Source of the DNA: the human T2T-CHM13v2.0 reference genome, Homo sapiens
Assembly: GCF_009914755.1 (NCBI RefSeq)
Contig: NC_060925.1
Reading direction: 5' to 3' (one strand)
DNA length: 64,000 nucleotides
Part shown: positions 58,500 through 64,000 of the stretch, one piece after another
Layout of the letters: each line of letters begins with the position of its first letter
Numbering within the stretch: the first letter of the stretch is position 1
Translations under genes and position numbers: made by a program
Notes under the pieces: generated by a model
Told to the model about the DNA's origin: nothing
The model's database searches: none
Seen by the model: the letters and a program-made list of their open reading frames with translations, nothing else

Positions 58500-58980
58500 A
58501 GTATTTCAGAAGCAACAAAAATCCAGCTCTAACCTAAGCAAAAATAGGTAATTTAGTGGCTCATGTAGCTAAAAACAACTACTGGGATATACTGGGATAG
58601 CTCAAAGGATCAAAAGAAAAGCTACAGGAACCAAGGACTGAATTCTGTGCTCCCTGAGGCCCTTGGCTTCCCTGCCTCCTTGCTTAGCTCTGCTTGTCTT
58701 CATTCTGCAGAGTGGCACTCTAACTAATTGCCAACAGCTCTAGAGTCACATATTCCCAGCTCAGCAGCTCCTAATACAAAGAAAGTAAACTTTTCTTCCC
58801 CAATGTTTATATACCAATTCCAGGGAAAGACTTTTATCGATCTGCTTGGTTTTTATGCGTACTGTGGACAAACTACTATATCCATGGGAATAGATTTAAT
58901 ATGATTGGCCAGGCCAGGCTGCCTGTAGGAGATGAGGTTGTATCATTGACAGTCCTGCCAGAACCACCTGGAATGGAAAA
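58500..58980 (-). mobile_element. Old MLT1-like LTR remnant
   Basis: aagcaacaaaaatccagctctaacctaagcaaaaataggtaatttagtggctcatgta resembles an MLT1J/K end. Confidence 0.5.
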
Positions 58981-59646
58981 GGAAGAGGTAGAAAAAAACA
59001 ACACATGTTCGCTACAATCATCTTGTCCACTTAATCACATATGTGACAATCTAGTTAACATAATCTCTATAAATTACCCTCTAAGGTAGCAATCTTCAAA
59101 CTGTAGCATTAAAGGTGGACAAAGATTTACCAAGGTGTATGTGGGCCCAGAGGAGAAATCAATCCTGAGAGCTTAATTCCCTAAATACTCTTTGTAAAAC
59201 AAATTTGCCTGATACCATGCTACACTGGAAGCATCCTGCCAGTTTCCCTTCCCACTTCTCCTCACTGTGGTCATTTCTCCCACTTGTTAACAGTAAAGCA
59301 TACCTACCATCCAGGATACCCCGAGTCTTATGATGGCATATTTCCCTGAGGTGTGAAAGCCTCTGAAGTGCCAAACAAAGGGATAGCTCAAAATATTGGA
59401 TTTAGGGAACTATCCTTTACTCAAAGGTCCAAAAATACATTCTACCGTATCTGTTCCAAAGATGCATTTCCAATAACATTTTACATCTTTTTGTTTAAAA
59501 ATAATTTGCAACATGTTTATGCTGTTTTGATCAACTGTGTATCATTATTATAACAACAAGTTGATCCAAACAAAAAATCACAGAAAATTTTTAAATATTT
59601 TAATTTTAATGAATAAGATGATTCGCTAGAAGTTTTCTCTCTTTCA

Positions 59647-59977
59647 TTTGTTTGTTTGTTTGTTTTTTGATATAGGGTCTCACTCTGTCATCCAGGCTGG
59701 AGTGCAATGGCATGATCTTGGCTCACTGCAACCTCCCCCCCGGGGCTCTAGCGATCCTCCCACCTCAGCCTCCCAAGTAGCTGGGACCACAGGTGGGCGC
59801 CATCACGCCCAGCTAATTTTGTTTTTGTATTTTTTTGTAGAGACAGGATTTCACTATGTTGAACAGGCTGGTCTCAAACTCCTAGTACTAGGATGATGGT
59901 TAAGAACATCAATTGATCTGCCTGCTTCGGCCTCCCAAAGAGCTGGAATTACAGGCGTGAGCCAATGTGCCCAGCCT
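59647..59977 (-). mobile_element. AluJ with a ~25-bp non-Alu insert
   Basis: Alu consensus is broken at 59884-59908 by agtactaggatgatggttaagaaca. Confidence 0.9.
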
Positions 59978-60616
59978 AGTAGGAAGTTTTTAAACCTAAA
60001 AATATATTATATTAGGATAAAATTCTGTAGAAGAGGAATAAAAATAAAAATTCAAGGAAGAAGCAATGTAAAAATTATAATGGTTAGTGAAGAGTTCATG
60101 CACATCTTTTTTAAGTAGGTGATATTTAAAATCCTACGATATTTATATTCTGTTGGATACATTTCAAAATTGATGTAACACTTTTATTTAAATATGTAAA
60201 TATTTGCAAACTAGAAGTTATATCCTTTGCAACTATTTAAACTTATGATAGAAAACTTAAATGTCAATTTAAAAATATGTGGAGAGTATGGACTTTGTTT
60301 TTGAAATTGAAGGACATTGCTATAAAGCATTCCTCATTTTAAAAATAAATTTGATCTTAAAACTATTCAACAAATACTTAATTCCTGTGATATTCCAGGT
60401 TCTATGCTAGACATTATACACTAACAGTGAATAAAATACCATCTCTGCCAACAGGGAACTTATTCCAGTGAACTACACATGTTAATATTCAAGTAGTACT
60501 TACAAAGCACATGTGTGCCACACACCATGTCAGGTGCTGTTATGCACATTGACTTACTTGTCAAAGATTAAATTGATTTGGCTTGACACTTATTTATGAG
60601 TTTACATAAAAATTAA

Positions 60617-62065
<1,449 letters not shown>

Positions 62066-62069
62066 TAGA

Positions 62070-62295
62070 ACAGGCAAATTAAAAAAGACAAAAAGTATAT
62101 TAGAGGTTACCAGAAGGTGGGAAGAGAAGGGGAAGGAAGCTATTACTTAAGGGGTACGGTATTTTTGGAGTGATGAAAAAGTTTTAGAAATAGATAGTGG
62201 TGACAGTTGTAAAATATTCTGAACACAATTAATGCCACTAACTGTACACTTAAAGATTAAAGTGGCAATTTTTATGTTATATATATTTTACTGTA
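62070..62295 (+). mobile_element. L1MB-like 3' end
   Basis: gatgaaaaagttttagaaatagatagtggtgacagttgt...aatgccactaactgtacacttaaa. Confidence 0.8.
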
Positions 62296-63313
62296 CAAAA
62301 AGCTAGTATCTTATTTGCACTTAATGTTGTAGTATTAATGTTTGCAATTTATAAACTTCTGATCTTGTTAGTGTAAAATGTAATTTGTTTGTATATACTT
62401 AGGTGGTATTCTACTAAGAATAAAGGAAAAAAAATGTGGTTACCAGTAAGTACTTTATCACCCCAACTTTGGCAATTGATATGACCCCTCATTTAACAGC
62501 ATTGTCAGTGAAGTCATGTTTCTTAGGTAACTCAAGTATTTTATAAATTTCAAATGTAATGAATGAAGAAGTGAAAGAAAAAAAAAAGACCATTTTATAT
62601 CAATCTATGCTTTCTCTATCTAAAAGACTTCTGAGTTCCTCCATACAAAGAATGCCAACAGTAACATCAGCAAGATCAGATCATCTCCTGCAAACCTACC
62701 AATCTGGTGATAAAAGTAAAAGGATTCAGCTGTCTGCAAGTAAAGGCTAATGCAACCTGTATCCATCCCAACTCCCCCAAATAACTAATACTTTCTTAAA
62801 AGTCAGACTACATTTTTGTATCCATATTTCACTTCTGTGTGTGACTAATTTTAAGATGATGCCATTAAAACCATCTGATTAGTCACATTTTAATTAAGCA
62901 TCAAAATTCCTACACAGTGCCAGAATTTATGCATTCAGAACACCTGACTTCATTTGACTTAAAGAATTCTTAGTATTAATCATAAATGACCAATATAAAC
63001 ACTATTCTTTAAGGAATGAATAAGAGTCACCATTTATATCCTGAGGAAAACATAGCATTGGGATTCGTCTCAGAACCAGTTTAAGATATTCTTTGTTTTG
63101 AAAATCCTCTTAAAGGCACTAAAAAAAAATCTACCCACAGGGTAAGTGAACTAAGTGAAATCTACCTAATTAAGGTCACATGACAGAGTAAAAGTTACTC
63201 AAATGATCAGTCACTTCGGTTTTCCAATTTATTTTCCCAATATATCACACCAGGGTTAAATAATGATACAGGGAGCTATCTGAAAGATTTGATGTCTATA
63301 AAATGTCCTCTGT

Positions 63314-63998
<685 letters not shown>

Positions 63999-64000
63999 GT

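Overview
Primate (almost certainly human) genomic DNA, dense in Alu, L1, L2, MIR, LTR and DNA-transposon fossils. Two gene-derived features are recognisable. (1) The 3' end of TM2D1 on the minus strand: last coding exon 58286-58415 (IVGPSDGSSYIIDYYGTRLTRLSITNETFRKTQLYP*), a 3'-UTR intron, and a terminal UTR exon ~55916-56219 with AATAAA. The upstream exons lie beyond the window, and the exon is absent from the supplied ORF track. (2) An intronless, poly(A)-tailed processed pseudogene of sepiapterin reductase (SPR) at ~29037-30425 on the plus strand. From memory, not checked here, this is the 1p31.3 interval between NFIA and TM2D1, and the pseudogene is the one annotated SPRP1/MGC34796. Nearly all other listed ORFs are Alu/L1/ERV read-throughs or chance. 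I see no new multi-gene system. The best leads are: a palindromic, two-way GRCGNC-N5-GTCT (BMP/SMAD-type) element inside an orphan CpG-enriched segment (~16.3-16.9 kb); three apparent locally templated insertions, each copied from 1.8-2.8 kb away into an old repeat; a CpG-rich 5' end retained in the SPR retrocopy; two tandem arrays built from L2 3' ends; and a candidate in-frame Alu-derived alternative exon of TM2D1. Repeat subfamily names are by eye and boundaries are approximate.
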